IMG/VR virus record: IMGVR_UViG_3300032236_001727
Span: 1 to 64,000 of that record
Direction: 5' to 3' (one strand)
DNA length: 64,000 nucleotides
Source of the DNA: a virus
The notes below the pieces were generated by a model, which ran no database searches, was not told where the DNA came from, and was given only the letters and a program-made list of their open reading frames with translations. This document shows, piece after piece, positions 16,976 through 25,367 of the stretch. How positions within the stretch are numbered: the first letter of the stretch is position 1; each line of letters starts with the position of its first letter. A program made the translations under genes and the position numbers.

Positions 16976-17216
16976 TCTCTAATTCTGTCATATTCCTAGT
17001 TTTTTTTAGTATTTCTTTTTCCAAATTTGGTATGTCTGTATAGAAATCTTTATCTACTTCTTTATCAACGTAATCAAGTATTTCAGGTAGAGCTTCTTTT
17101 ATACCTTGTTTAATAGCGTTTTGCATATTACCATAAGTGTAATCTAAAGAACTGCCATTAGAATCAGTTTTCCAATCGTTGTCTTCAATTATTTTATTTA
17201 TGTCTAGTTTTTCCAT
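16914..17216 (-). CDS. Hypothetical protein
   Basis: 100-aa ORF. Confidence 0.6.
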   Translation of the reverse strand: MEKLDINKIIEDNDWKTDSNGSSLDYTYGNMQNAIKQGIKEALPEILDYVDKEVDKDFYTDIPNLEKEILKKTRNMTELEIEEKIFNFIREKNTKKFSNG

Positions 17217-17219
17217 AAT

Positions 17220-18137
17220 TTATTCATTTACAGGAAGGTTATTAATGTCTAGTTTCATGTGGTATGACCATGTACTACATGTACTATATTCACCAGATTT
17301 TCTACCCACGTTATAGAACCCTCCTTTACCATTGGCATATCTTAGATTCCAACCCTCGGATGTACCACCCCTAACCAAACAAGGCGTCCCATCAGGATAT
17401 ACTTCTACATTTTTTCCAAATATCTCATCAAAAACAATATTCTGAGAAGGTGTACAAGCTTTTCTCATTTCTTGATAGAATTCTTCTGATATGTTTATTT
17501 CATTGCCTAACACAATGTCTTTAGACCATTTATTGACAAGATCTTCTTTCCATGATGGACAAGCAATGTTGATTACTCTTTGAGCATTTGATGGCGATAT
17601 TTTTCTTTCTTTCATTTCTTTTTGTTTTAAAACGTATTTAATAAATTGTTCTGTTGTTATTTCTTGGTATCCTCTACATGTTAAAGAATCAGTCCACGTA
17701 GTTGCGAAGTAATACGAGTCATCCAGCCAATGAGAAGAGATCACAGAAAAACCAATTAAAAGTAGATGTCCTTTATAATTTTCAGAACAAACCGATTTTC
17801 TCCAATTTTCCAAAATTTCTTGATTCTCTTTTGTAATAACACAATACCATTTTTCAGGCAGCTTGTAATTATTAACAATCTTATCCCATTGTTCAAGAGT
17901 TAATTTTACTGTACCTTCTTCAAATTGAGATATTCTGCTGCACATATTAGTACCTTGGTTTTCAGTTGTATTTTCTGTACCATAATAAGAACCTACAGAA
18001 TCACCTGTCCAATTATCCCCTGTTTCGCCACCATTCTTTTCAGCATAAGTATTCAACCACTTCATGTAGTTTTTCCATGTAGTGTTAGTCTCATAATCTG
18101 CAGGACATTTAATTGCAAAGTGTTTAGGTAGTTTCAT
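17220..18137 (-). CDS. Modular paralog-family protein (A + LPEKW domain + D + unique)
   Basis: Shares domain A with 1822/3601/5697 and domain D with 2977. Confidence 0.8.
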   Translation of the reverse strand: MKLPKHFAIKCPADYETNTTWKNYMKWLNTYAEKNGGETGDNWTGDSVGSYYGTENTTENQGTNMCSRISQFEEGTVKLTLEQWDKIVNNYKLPEKWYCVITKENQEILENWRKSVCSENYKGHLLLIGFSVISSHWLDDSYYFATTWTDSLTCRGYQEITTEQFIKYVLKQKEMKERKISPSNAQRVINIACPSWKEDLVNKWSKDIVLGNEINISEEFYQEMRKACTPSQNIVFDEIFGKNVEVYPDGTPCLVRGGTSEGWNLRYANGKGGFYNVGRKSGEYSTCSTWSYHMKLDINNLPVNE

Positions 18138-18519
18138 TCTTTATTTTTTTAATGATTAAATTTTTAAGTTCCTGCTCAACTTGTTCTTTATTCTTAAAAC
18201 AGTGACCAACGCCCATCTTCCCCCAATTATCAATAAAATGCTTATGTATTTCTGATTGAACAAAAGTCTTATCTTTTGGTTTCTGATATTTAGGATTCGT
18301 CACAAATACTTCTGATCTTGATAATTGAAAGTTTGATTCCTTCAATAGTTTTTGGAGCATACGGTATCTTATGTTTAGTAACTTTGTAAATTTATCCCAA
18401 GCTGAGTCTGTTTCAGCAAGTATAAATAACAAGCCATCTTCAAAAGAAGATAAGTTTGCTTCTTTATTTCTAACCATATCAACCATTCTAGCTATTTCAT
18501 CAAAGTCTTTTTGTCTCAT
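18124..18519 (-). CDS. Hypothetical protein
   Basis: 131-aa ORF. Confidence 0.65.
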   Translation of the reverse strand: MRQKDFDEIARMVDMVRNKEANLSSFEDGLLFILAETDSAWDKFTKLLNIRYRMLQKLLKESNFQLSRSEVFVTNPKYQKPKDKTFVQSEIHKHFIDNWGKMGVGHCFKNKEQVEQELKNLIIKKIKNETT

Positions 18520-18778
18520 TGTTATAATTTTCTCGCCTTAGTATTATCCAAAGCTCTATGTTAATTAATATAAGATTCAAAGTAAGGCATATACAGCTAG
18601 AAGATCTTTTGTCTTTAGGAAAGCTGTAATATATACCCGGTCCTAAATAAAAACTAGCACATTCCAAACTATTGTCATAGAATGTATCGTAGGTTAGTTG
18701 TAGCCTCCCACCCTCAGGCTCAAAGTATTTCTTCATCTGTTTCGTATGTTTTAATGTAATATTCATCTCCAAAACCAA
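18500..18778 (-). CDS. Hypothetical protein; start probably MKKYF
   Basis: ORF filling gap between neighbours. Confidence 0.5.
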   Translation of the reverse strand: MVLEMNITLKHTKQMKKYFEPEGGRLQLTYDTFYDNSLECASFYLGPGIYYSFPKDKRSSSCICLTLNLILINIELWIILRRENYNNETKRL

Positions 18779-18998
18779 AATTGACTATTGCTGCATTATA
18801 CATTCCTTCTTCAAAAGCAGTTTCAATTTGTTCTTTTTCTTTTGGAAGAAGTGATTTAGCTTTATCTATTACAACTTCCAAAGAACATTGAAAATCCTTT
18901 CTTGTTTCTTCAGTAATAAAACCATTAGCTTCGTCTTTAAATACACCCTCATGTTCTTTTTCCAGATATTCTATTAATTCCTGTAACGCTGTTTTCAT
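18720..18998 (-). CDS. Hypothetical phage protein
   Basis: MKTALQELIE...EKEQIE.AF..G...YY..TY pattern. Confidence 0.7.
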   Translation of the reverse strand: MKTALQELIEYLEKEHEGVFKDEANGFITEETRKDFQCSLEVVIDKAKSLLPKEKEQIETAFEEGMYNAAIVNFGFGDEYYIKTYETDEEIL

Positions 18999-19076
18999 TT
19001 TCTTTTAATGTTTTGTACAATTATGTCTATTACAACTATAATCGTTATTCCTAAAATTATGCCTATTATTTCCATT

Positions 19077-19322
19077 TTAATTTTTGCATGTTATTTTGTT
19101 TTCAATTAAATTTTCTCCAATTTGCTTTAAGCGTGTTGCTTCATCAGAATTTAGCCAATTTTCAGGGAAATAAGTATTAACTTTTATTGTCCTTGTTGTT
19201 TTATAAGCTATTATGCCTTCTTTCCTTTTCTTATTTTTTGGAAACAAACTACAATATTTTATATTGTTTACTGCTCCCAAACTCAAATACTTAATAATCC
19301 AAAATATGTTTTTGTTTTTCAT
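19077..19322 (-). CDS. Hypothetical protein
   Basis: 81-aa ORF. Confidence 0.5.
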   Translation of the reverse strand: MKNKNIFWIIKYLSLGAVNNIKYCSLFPKNKKRKEGIIAYKTTRTIKVNTYFPENWLNSDEATRLKQIGENLIENKITCKN

Positions 19323-19744
19323 TATTTTATATTTTTTATTGTTTTAAAAGCTTCCCAGTACTGTTTTCCATAAGGACAAAATATTTCATTACCAGCATTT
19401 ATATTTCTTGTAGCATATAATATTATCTGACTGTCAGCGTTTGCTATTCTTGAATTGTTGCGTTTGGTTGTTTTTATAGGTCCACAACAATCATTTGCAT
19501 ATTTAGCATAACATTTGGATTCATAAGTATTTAAAACATATCCATTTTCTAAATCAATAGAATATAATGATTCTTCATATGGTATTTTATCTTCTTTAAC
19601 TTTTCGTCCTGTGAATCTACTTATAACGTCTCCTTTCTTTATATTAATGTTAGTATAAAGACCATCTCCTATTATTTGAGACTTTTTAACTTCTAAATGT
19701 TTTTGATTTATCATTGAACTTTTATTCATATTTTCCAGACTCAA
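19322..19744 (-). CDS. SET-domain lysine methyltransferase-like protein
   Basis: G.GLY...IKKG..I..F.G; KYAND; N; YATRNINAGNEIF.PYG..YW. Confidence 0.85.
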   Translation of the reverse strand: MSLENMNKSSMINQKHLEVKKSQIIGDGLYTNINIKKGDVISRFTGRKVKEDKIPYEESLYSIDLENGYVLNTYESKCYAKYANDCCGPIKTTKRNNSRIANADSQIILYATRNINAGNEIFCPYGKQYWEAFKTIKNIK

Positions 19745-20108
19745 TCTTTTCTCTTATCATATCAACAAACCTAATTCCGCTGGGTGTGATACCGTTTTCG
19801 TTCCACATATAATCTTGATCATGTAATCTTTGAATATTGTGGAGGAATGTTTGTCCTAATTCTTGTAATGATAGAGGTAATAGAAGAAAAACATCGTCAT
19901 TAGACACTGATGAATCCTCAAATTCACTATCTAATTCTTTAGATAATTTTTTATCTTCAATAAACCTTCCTATAGCACAACATTTTCCATTACTTTCATT
20001 GTAATATTCACAAGAAAATACACCAGTGCTACGTCTATTAGTATCTTCAGAATAATACTTTACAGTGTCATTGAGAAAGTCAATTTGTTTTTCTTTTATA
20101 CTTTTCAT
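19722..20108 (-). CDS. Conserved hypothetical phage protein
   Basis: C.Y...KCCAIG...IQRLHD motif. Confidence 0.7.
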   Translation of the reverse strand: MKSIKEKQIDFLNDTVKYYSEDTNRRSTGVFSCEYYNESNGKCCAIGRFIEDKKLSKELDSEFEDSSVSNDDVFLLLPLSLQELGQTFLHNIQRLHDQDYMWNENGITPSGIRFVDMIREKIESGKYE

Positions 20109-20125
20109 TTTTACTTATTTTTATA

Positions 20126-20160
20126 ATGTAAATATACGAAAAGTATTTTTAAAAGCCAAA
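20126..20160 (-). promoter_or_regulatory. Early promoter repeat
   Basis: TTTGGC-N-TTCGTATATTTACAT. Confidence 0.75.
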
Positions 20161-20162
20161 TT

Positions 20163-20429
20163 TTATTGCGAAGGAGGATTTTCAGATTTTTTAGAAAAGA
20201 AAAATCCAAGTTTATCTACACAAGTTGCACCTATGCAAGAACAAACTATTAAAGTTATTGAGTTAACTACTTCTGGTGATGGGGATGTTTTTAGATAAAG
20301 TGAACTACACAAAAATATGGTTCCTATAAAAGCTATTATTCTTTTTGTAGATTGAGTACCTGACTCATCTTGTAGCATAGATTTGATAAATTCTTTCATT
20401 TTATTATAAATATTATGAAAGAGTAGCAA
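20163..20429 (-). CDS. 2-TM holin-like membrane protein; start probably MKEFIK
   Basis: D..G..STKR followed by two TM helices. Confidence 0.55.
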   Translation of the reverse strand: MLLFHNIYNKMKEFIKSMLQDESGTQSTKRIIAFIGTIFLCSSLYLKTSPSPEVVNSITLIVCSCIGATCVDKLGFFFSKKSENPPSQ

Positions 20430-20430
20430 A

Positions 20431-20622
20431 CTATATTATATTAGCGTATTTTTGTGGGTATTCTGTAGTTCCCACATTGGGTATTTTGGTTCCATCTTTT
20501 TCTGCAGTGACCCAAAATGATAATGGATTATCACTATAAACACTTGCTATAACACATTTATATTCATGGTTCAAAAATCTTACATTGACTTTATCACCTA
20601 TGTTGTGTTTTTGATGTTTCAT
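20431..20622 (-). CDS. Small SH3/KOW-like protein
   Basis: IGDKVNVRF pattern. Confidence 0.55.
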   Translation of the reverse strand: MKHQKHNIGDKVNVRFLNHEYKCVIASVYSDNPLSFWVTAEKDGTKIPNVGTTEYPQKYANII

Positions 20623-20650
20623 TAAATAGTGGTGTTTAGTTGTTAAAAAA

Positions 20651-20756
20651 TAAATGAGGAATTGCTTTCAGGATTGAATTAATATTTCGCGTACATTGGT
20701 AATTACTCCAACAGTTATTTTATTAACTACCAACTCAATGGTACTATCCTCATTTA
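20651..20756 (-). ncRNA. Putative structured RNA downstream of tRNA-Leu
   Basis: 10-bp closing helix TAAATGAGGA/TCCTCATTTA; inner ATTGAGTTG/TAATTCAAT, TAGTTA/TAACTG and TTGG/CCAA. Confidence 0.5.
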
Positions 20757-20830
20757 ACCTTGGTGTCAATCATAGTTTGGTACCGGGAGCGGGAATCGAA
20801 CCCGCACGGCCTTTTGGGCCAAGAGATTTT

Positions 20831-21513
20831 CTTACTACTATAGTTTTCACTACCACTGAACGTGTTTGTAGTCTGGACTATACCTTCACCATACTTTCGT
20901 TTAGGTGTTCCGTGTCTAGTCTCTACACCTTCTTCATTTCTGAAGCTTGGCTCGGTATTACCATTTTAAAGGCTTCACCGAATTTACGGAATTCTACTCC
21001 TTAAATTTCTCTAAGGGCACTCAAATTTTGTTTGTTCCTACCAGCATAAGTAGTTGTTTGTGAATGGCAATTAGGGCATAAAAATCTTAAATTTTCTATT
21101 CTATGGTCCCCATTGATTCCATTTATATGATCTAGATGAAGTGAAATACTCATATTATTCCATTCATTTATACCACATATAGAACACTTATATTCAATTA
21201 AACCATTTTTAATTATTTCTTTTCTTACTGAACATCTAGAAGCATAATCTTCTATATGTGTTATACGCTTACTAATATTTTTATTTAATCCCTTTCCTGA
21301 TTGGTTGGGTTTATAACAATCATATTTTAAAGCATATTTTTTGAAAGAATTAAAATGTAAATTTAATTTAGCAGCAGCTCTAGCCATAGAAGGCTCAGTG
21401 TTGCATACTTCTATAAAGTATTCTTTACTTATGCTAGTTATTTTTTTCATATCTATCAGTTTTATGTATTTACCCATAAATATGAAAAAATTTCAAAGAA
21501 CTAAAACTCTCTC
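20831..21513 (-). mobile_element. Group I self-splicing intron (trnL-UAA/IC3-like), 683 nt, ORF-containing
   Basis: P1 GACUU-GAGA-GAGUU with U.G at 5' splice site; P AATTCGGTGAA, Q AATACCGAGC, R GTAGAGACTA, S AAGGTATAGTCC; P3 TTCCGT/ACGGAA; terminal G. Confidence 0.92.
21001..21477 (-). CDS. Intron-encoded HNH homing endonuclease
   Basis: N-terminal HTH-like segment; CSIC...HLDHINGINGDHRIENLRFLCPNCHSQT. Confidence 0.9.
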   Translation of the reverse strand: MGKYIKLIDMKKITSISKEYFIEVCNTEPSMARAAAKLNLHFNSFKKYALKYDCYKPNQSGKGLNKNISKRITHIEDYASRCSVRKEIIKNGLIEYKCSICGINEWNNMSISLHLDHINGINGDHRIENLRFLCPNCHSQTTTYAGRNKQNLSALREI

Positions 21514-21549
21514 AAGTCTCTCATGTCTACCTTTTCATCACCCCGGCAT

Positions 21550-21575
21550 AAAAAAGATGCTGCAGTCATCTTTTT
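21550..21575 (-). terminator. Hairpin with T-tract immediately 5' of tRNA-Leu
   Basis: AAAAAGATG-ACTGCAG-CATCTTTTTT; weak, AT-rich stem. Confidence 0.4.
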
Positions 21576-21590
21576 CTCGTTTTCTGTGTT

Positions 21591-21884
21591 TTATTCTATC
21601 TCATAATATAAAGCATCTTCAAGTAGTTCTTCTGAGAGATGGTTTATATATTTATTAAGTTGGCTTATGAAATCATATCCTATTTCTTCTAATTCAGAAA
21701 TCAAAGCTTCATAATCTGAAAACTTTTTTTCATATTGAGATAAATTCTCATCTTCTGATACTATCCAACAAAACAAACTAAATAGTTCAATGTCGATCAT
21801 GGCGTTTTCTGATGTGAAGCATCGCATAAACCCCGTGTGGTCTTTGTCAGACATTATGTGCTCGTAATTTGTTATTATAACCAT
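21591..21884 (-). CDS. Acidic hypothetical protein
   Basis: 97-aa ORF behind promoter. Confidence 0.65.
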   Translation of the reverse strand: MVIITNYEHIMSDKDHTGFMRCFTSENAMIDIELFSLFCWIVSEDENLSQYEKKFSDYEALISELEEIGYDFISQLNKYINHLSEELLEDALYYEIE

Positions 21885-21902
21885 TTACTTAATTTTCTTA
21901 TA

Positions 21903-21938
21903 GTGTAAATATACGAAAGATTTTTTAAAAAGCCAAAT
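21903..21938 (-). promoter_or_regulatory. Early promoter repeat (drives ORF and the tRNA-Leu unit)
   Basis: TTTGGC-N-TTCGTATATTTACAC. Confidence 0.75.
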
Positions 21939-21942
21939 TTTT

Positions 21943-22554
21943 TTAATTATTTAGATGCTTATTGAAAATCTTTTTCACATCATTTATACCTAATTCAATA
22001 GATAATCGTTTATTTGGTTCTTCAAATTTTTTATCAATATCCATTGAATCTACTATACAATAATACATTTCATTAGCATTATTTCCTAAGAAATATATTT
22101 CAGAATACTGTATGTTTTCAGATTGATATAATCGTTTTAATAAACTATTAGGCATATCCTTTATTACTTTATATGTTTGTCCATTCTTTTGAATGTCTAT
22201 AAGCATATCTACATATGGGCCATCTATTTTTATACTATTGTATTTCTGGTATATTTCTAAATCTTCATCAATAGTAGAGGCATATAGCAGTTTTGTAAAC
22301 ATTTCACTACCTGGTTTGGGAATTCCTCCACCGTTTGAAGCTCTCAATATTAGCACCTTATCGGCACCCGAATCTTGTAATAGTTGTTCTATTATTCTAT
22401 ATATTTGAGATAAGTCTTGTAAATTGTTAGATAATTTTTCAAGATGTTTTTTTCTTGTTTTTTCTCTAAAATGATTTATAATTTTTACAAATCCAGCTCC
22501 TCCTAAAAAATTCAATATAGCTACAATTATATTACTTACAGGGAGTATATTCAT
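21943..22554 (-). CDS. Putative holin-like protein (N-terminal TM + GAF-like domain)
   Basis: Single TM, then I...L..LL....ADKV.I....NGG; adjacent to lysozyme. Confidence 0.5.
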   Translation of the reverse strand: MNILPVSNIIVAILNFLGGAGFVKIINHFREKTRKKHLEKLSNNLQDLSQIYRIIEQLLQDSGADKVLILRASNGGGIPKPGSEMFTKLLYASTIDEDLEIYQKYNSIKIDGPYVDMLIDIQKNGQTYKVIKDMPNSLLKRLYQSENIQYSEIYFLGNNANEMYYCIVDSMDIDKKFEEPNKRLSIELGINDVKKIFNKHLNN

Positions 22555-22568
22555 CTTATTTTCTCTTA

Positions 22569-23039
22569 TTACATAGGTTTAAAATACAAATCTGCTTCAG
22601 CCTTTCTTCTGCGAACAAGACCAGGAATTATTTCTTTTCCAGCATATACCCATTTAGCAAATTGGTTTCTTATGTCTGGGTTATTTGGGTTTGTGTTTAC
22701 TTCTTTAAGTAATGTGCTGTATAATAAAGACATTATTCCAAGATTATATGCAAAACACATCAAAGCATCAAATTGATTTTGATTTATTTGAGTTTTTATC
22801 ATATCTGAAACTGATTTGGCTCTTGGGGCTATGTCGGCCATAAACAATTGTTCAGCTTGTTGTTCTGTTATAATGTCTCCTGATTTCACTTTTTGCCCAT
22901 TAGGCATAATGAGAGAACCATATCCAATTGTCCATATTCCTACAGAATCTTGATATGATTTTAATTTGTCTCCCTCAAATTCTTTAATTAAATCTATACC
23001 AGCTTTACCTATTTGTGTAATTTTTTCCATAGAAAACAT
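22569..23039 (-). CDS. GH24 lysozyme (endolysin)
   Basis: E-x8-D-x5-T triad (EGDKLKSYQDSVGIWTIGYG), NQNQFDAL, GLVRRRKAE. Confidence 0.95.
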   Translation of the reverse strand: MFSMEKITQIGKAGIDLIKEFEGDKLKSYQDSVGIWTIGYGSLIMPNGQKVKSGDIITEQQAEQLFMADIAPRAKSVSDMIKTQINQNQFDALMCFAYNLGIMSLLYSTLLKEVNTNPNNPDIRNQFAKWVYAGKEIIPGLVRRRKAEADLYFKPM

Positions 23040-23082
23040 ATATTATAACAATACATATGTTCCCTATTTGAAAAATACATTA

Positions 23083-23523
23083 CTACATATGCTCTATTTC
23101 ATCTAAAACATAGTTAGATAATTTAGCATTTTTTAATACAGTTTCTATTATGCTTCTTGTATTCTTTTTGGATGGATTTTTAATATTATCAAAAACTAAC
23201 ATATTATCTTTTATATAATAATATAGTATATTTGGCTTTGATACTATAGATTTCATTAAATCATCTATACTGCTTTTAGTTTTGATTGGGAATAAAAATC
23301 CCTGCTGTCTCTCAATCATTTTTCTTTTAGCAGGTATGGCAGGACCAAAATGTTTTTCAATTATATCCTTTGCATTCATATGGTTTTGCATATTTGAAAT
23401 ATACATTCCATAATTATTTATGTCTTTAAAGGCCTCTACTATTTTTGAAATTTCATCACTTGTAATGCAGTAATCATATGTTATCTGTATTTTTTTATTA
23501 TCTTCTCCTATTTGTATATCCAC
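23083..23523 (-). CDS. Hypothetical protein
   Basis: 146-aa ORF. Confidence 0.65.
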   Translation of the reverse strand: MDIQIGEDNKKIQITYDYCITSDEISKIVEAFKDINNYGMYISNMQNHMNAKDIIEKHFGPAIPAKRKMIERQQGFLFPIKTKSSIDDLMKSIVSKPNILYYYIKDNMLVFDNIKNPSKKNTRSIIETVLKNAKLSNYVLDEIEHM

Positions 23524-23534
23524 TCATATTCATT

Positions 23535-23843
23535 TTATCCAAATTTAACAATATCTGTTCTTCGTTTATCTATTCTTTTTCCGTCTTTGTAATTTATTCC
23601 TTTTACTACATCTTGTGTAGGAATAATTTCATTGGTTTCATAAAAGTAAATAGGACCATTATATTCTTCATGATGTACATTTTTAGGGTTTGAAATATTT
23701 AATATCCTTCTTTTTCCACCAAAGCTTCTAAAATCTCGTGGAGTAACACGAGCCCATTTTTCATCAATGAAATTAACCTCTAGACATAACTGTGTAGGGA
23801 AATCATATTGTATTTTTACTGTATTGCCTCTTTTTTCAGCCAT
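23535..23843 (-). CDS. Conserved hypothetical phage protein
   Basis: W.RVT.RDFRSF.G.RRI motif. Confidence 0.7.
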   Translation of the reverse strand: MAEKRGNTVKIQYDFPTQLCLEVNFIDEKWARVTPRDFRSFGGKRRILNISNPKNVHHEEYNGPIYFYETNEIIPTQDVVKGINYKDGKRIDKRRTDIVKFG

Positions 23844-23866
23844 TGTTATTAATGATTCCTTTATTT

Positions 23867-24151
23867 TTAAATGTTGTTTTGAACTTCTTTTTGAAGTTCA
23901 TCCATTAATTCAGATATGTCAATATCATCGAGGGGCTTAAATCGTTTTGAATCAAACCATAGTCCTTTTATTTTTCTTTTACATACCTCACAGTAGGACT
24001 GCTCAATAAATACTTCTATGTCTACTGATAAAATAATAGGTTTATGTTCGCAAAAGCTCATTATACCGTTCACTAAATAAACCTGTCCCTCTCTAATAAC
24101 GTTCTCATAACTCTCCAAAGCCACCACCTCTTTGCCTACTTCAAATCCCAT
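23867..24151 (-). CDS. Hypothetical protein
   Basis: FEVGKEVVAL...WFDSKRFKPL. Confidence 0.65.
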   Translation of the reverse strand: MGFEVGKEVVALESYENVIREGQVYLVNGIMSFCEHKPIILSVDIEVFIEQSYCEVCKRKIKGLWFDSKRFKPLDDIDISELMDELQKEVQNNI

Positions 24152-24168
24152 GTTGTTTGATTTTTATA

Positions 24169-24203
24169 ATATAAAAATACGAAAAATTTTTTAAAAAGCC
24201 AAC
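24169..24203 (-). promoter_or_regulatory. Early promoter repeat
   Basis: TTGGC-N-TTCGTATTTTTATAT. Confidence 0.75.
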
Positions 24204-24237
24204 TATTTTCATTAAAATATTATATTTTCAATTGTTT

Positions 24238-24540
24238 TTAATATAAGTCTTCTGAGAATAATTCGTCTGTTGAGTAATTCAGTTCACCTCCATTTTCTAT
24301 ATGTAATTTAGCGGCTTCCTCTCTATTCAAAAATCTATTGGCAGAGGTCAAAAAGCCTTGAACACTTTTGCCCATTTCGTGTTGTTTTTTGCCAAGTAAA
24401 GAAGCGCATTGACCGATTATATGATTATGCCTATGACCGCATAAAACCGTTCCTGAGCTGATGTTTTTCACCTTATACGGATATTCCATAGGATAATCTA
24501 AATAGTGAATAGCGGCACATAATATTTTTTCTTTAGACAT
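24238..24540 (-). CDS. Conserved hypothetical phage protein
   Basis: ILCAAI...GHRH...QGFLTS.NRF..REEA...LFSEDLY. Confidence 0.8.
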   Translation of the reverse strand: MSKEKILCAAIHYLDYPMEYPYKVKNISSGTVLCGHRHNHIIGQCASLLGKKQHEMGKSVQGFLTSANRFLNREEAAKLHIENGGELNYSTDELFSEDLY

Positions 24541-24542
24541 AA

Positions 24543-24815
24543 TTAAAATTTTTTAGAAAAGTTAATAAAATAATCTTCTTCTTCAGAAGTTAATCTATCT
24601 CTACTAGAAAATATTTTTAAAAGAGCTGCAAAAAGCTCAGTATCCATAAGAGTTGGATTTTTATAGACTGGGAGAGAAAATTCGTTTGCAAATTCTACTA
24701 AAGGATTTTCGTTATCAAAATCATCTTTTAATAAACGATACATCTCTTTTTTCTCATAAGTAGACATTTCATAATATATGTCTTGCACACTTAAATCAAT
24801 ATCGAAATTTGGCAT
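24543..24815 (-). CDS. Hypothetical protein
   Basis: 90-aa ORF. Confidence 0.65.
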   Translation of the reverse strand: MPNFDIDLSVQDIYYEMSTYEKKEMYRLLKDDFDNENPLVEFANEFSLPVYKNPTLMDTELFAALLKIFSSRDRLTSEEEDYFINFSKKF

Positions 24816-24845
24816 ATTTTTATTATTTTTAAAATGATTAAATTC

Positions 24846-25097
24846 TTAAACAAGTTTAGTTCCTAGTAGAGTTTCTAACTTATCAACACATTTTATTCTT
24901 GTATTTTTAATAATAGGATTTTCTTTGAAAGATTTAGTTATTATTAGACAAGTCTTTAATCTTCCAACATTTGCTTCTGATATTAAATTAACCATCTTAG
25001 TTTCAACATTTGTAAAATCTTTAGCATCTAATAGCTTTTTGAATTCATAATGTAATTTTATCAAATCATCAACTTCTTTTCTAACTTCTTCTCTCAT
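24846..25097 (-). CDS. Hypothetical protein
   Basis: 83-aa ORF. Confidence 0.6.
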   Translation of the reverse strand: MREEVRKEVDDLIKLHYEFKKLLDAKDFTNVETKMVNLISEANVGRLKTCLIITKSFKENPIIKNTRIKCVDKLETLLGTKLV

Positions 25098-25118
25098 TGT
25101 TTTTTGTTTTAGGTCATT

Positions 25119-25358
25119 TTATAGAATTTTCCCATCATTATTATAGACACTTACCGCTTCTTCTGCTGTGTCAAATCTATAAGAATATGACTCCCCATTA
25201 TGTCTGCCTTCAACTCTGAAATATGTTTCTTCAAACTTTCCATGTTTTGTTAGAATGGTTACTACTTGTAGTTCCTTATATCCATTACCACCGCTTGAAG
25301 ATGCCAATGATTTAACTACTTCGCCTACTAGGTCACTAATTTTTACTTGATGTGTCAT
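25119..25358 (-). CDS. Hypothetical protein
   Basis: 79-aa ORF. Confidence 0.6.
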   Translation of the reverse strand: MTHQVKISDLVGEVVKSLASSSGGNGYKELQVVTILTKHGKFEETYFRVEGRHNGESYSYRFDTAEEAVSVYNNDGKIL

Positions 25359-25367
25359 ATTTTTTAT

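Larger units (their letters stand above)
20778..21547 (-). tRNA. trnL: tRNA-Leu(UAA), split by group I intron; exons 21514-21547 and 20778-20830
   Basis: Joined exons give an 87-nt cloverleaf: GCCGGGG/TCCCGGT-A-CCA, anticodon arm AGAGA-CTT^AAAA-TCTCT, long variable arm GGCC/GGCC, T arm GCGGG-TTCGATT-CCCGC. Confidence 0.93.

Noticed and set aside
1-18137. Diversity-generating retroelement behind the paralog family
   Set aside because: No reverse transcriptase in the window and no template/variable repeat pair with adenine-specific differences
20696-21004. Plus-strand 102-aa ORF
   Set aside because: Antisense to the tRNA-Leu 3' exon and the intron core
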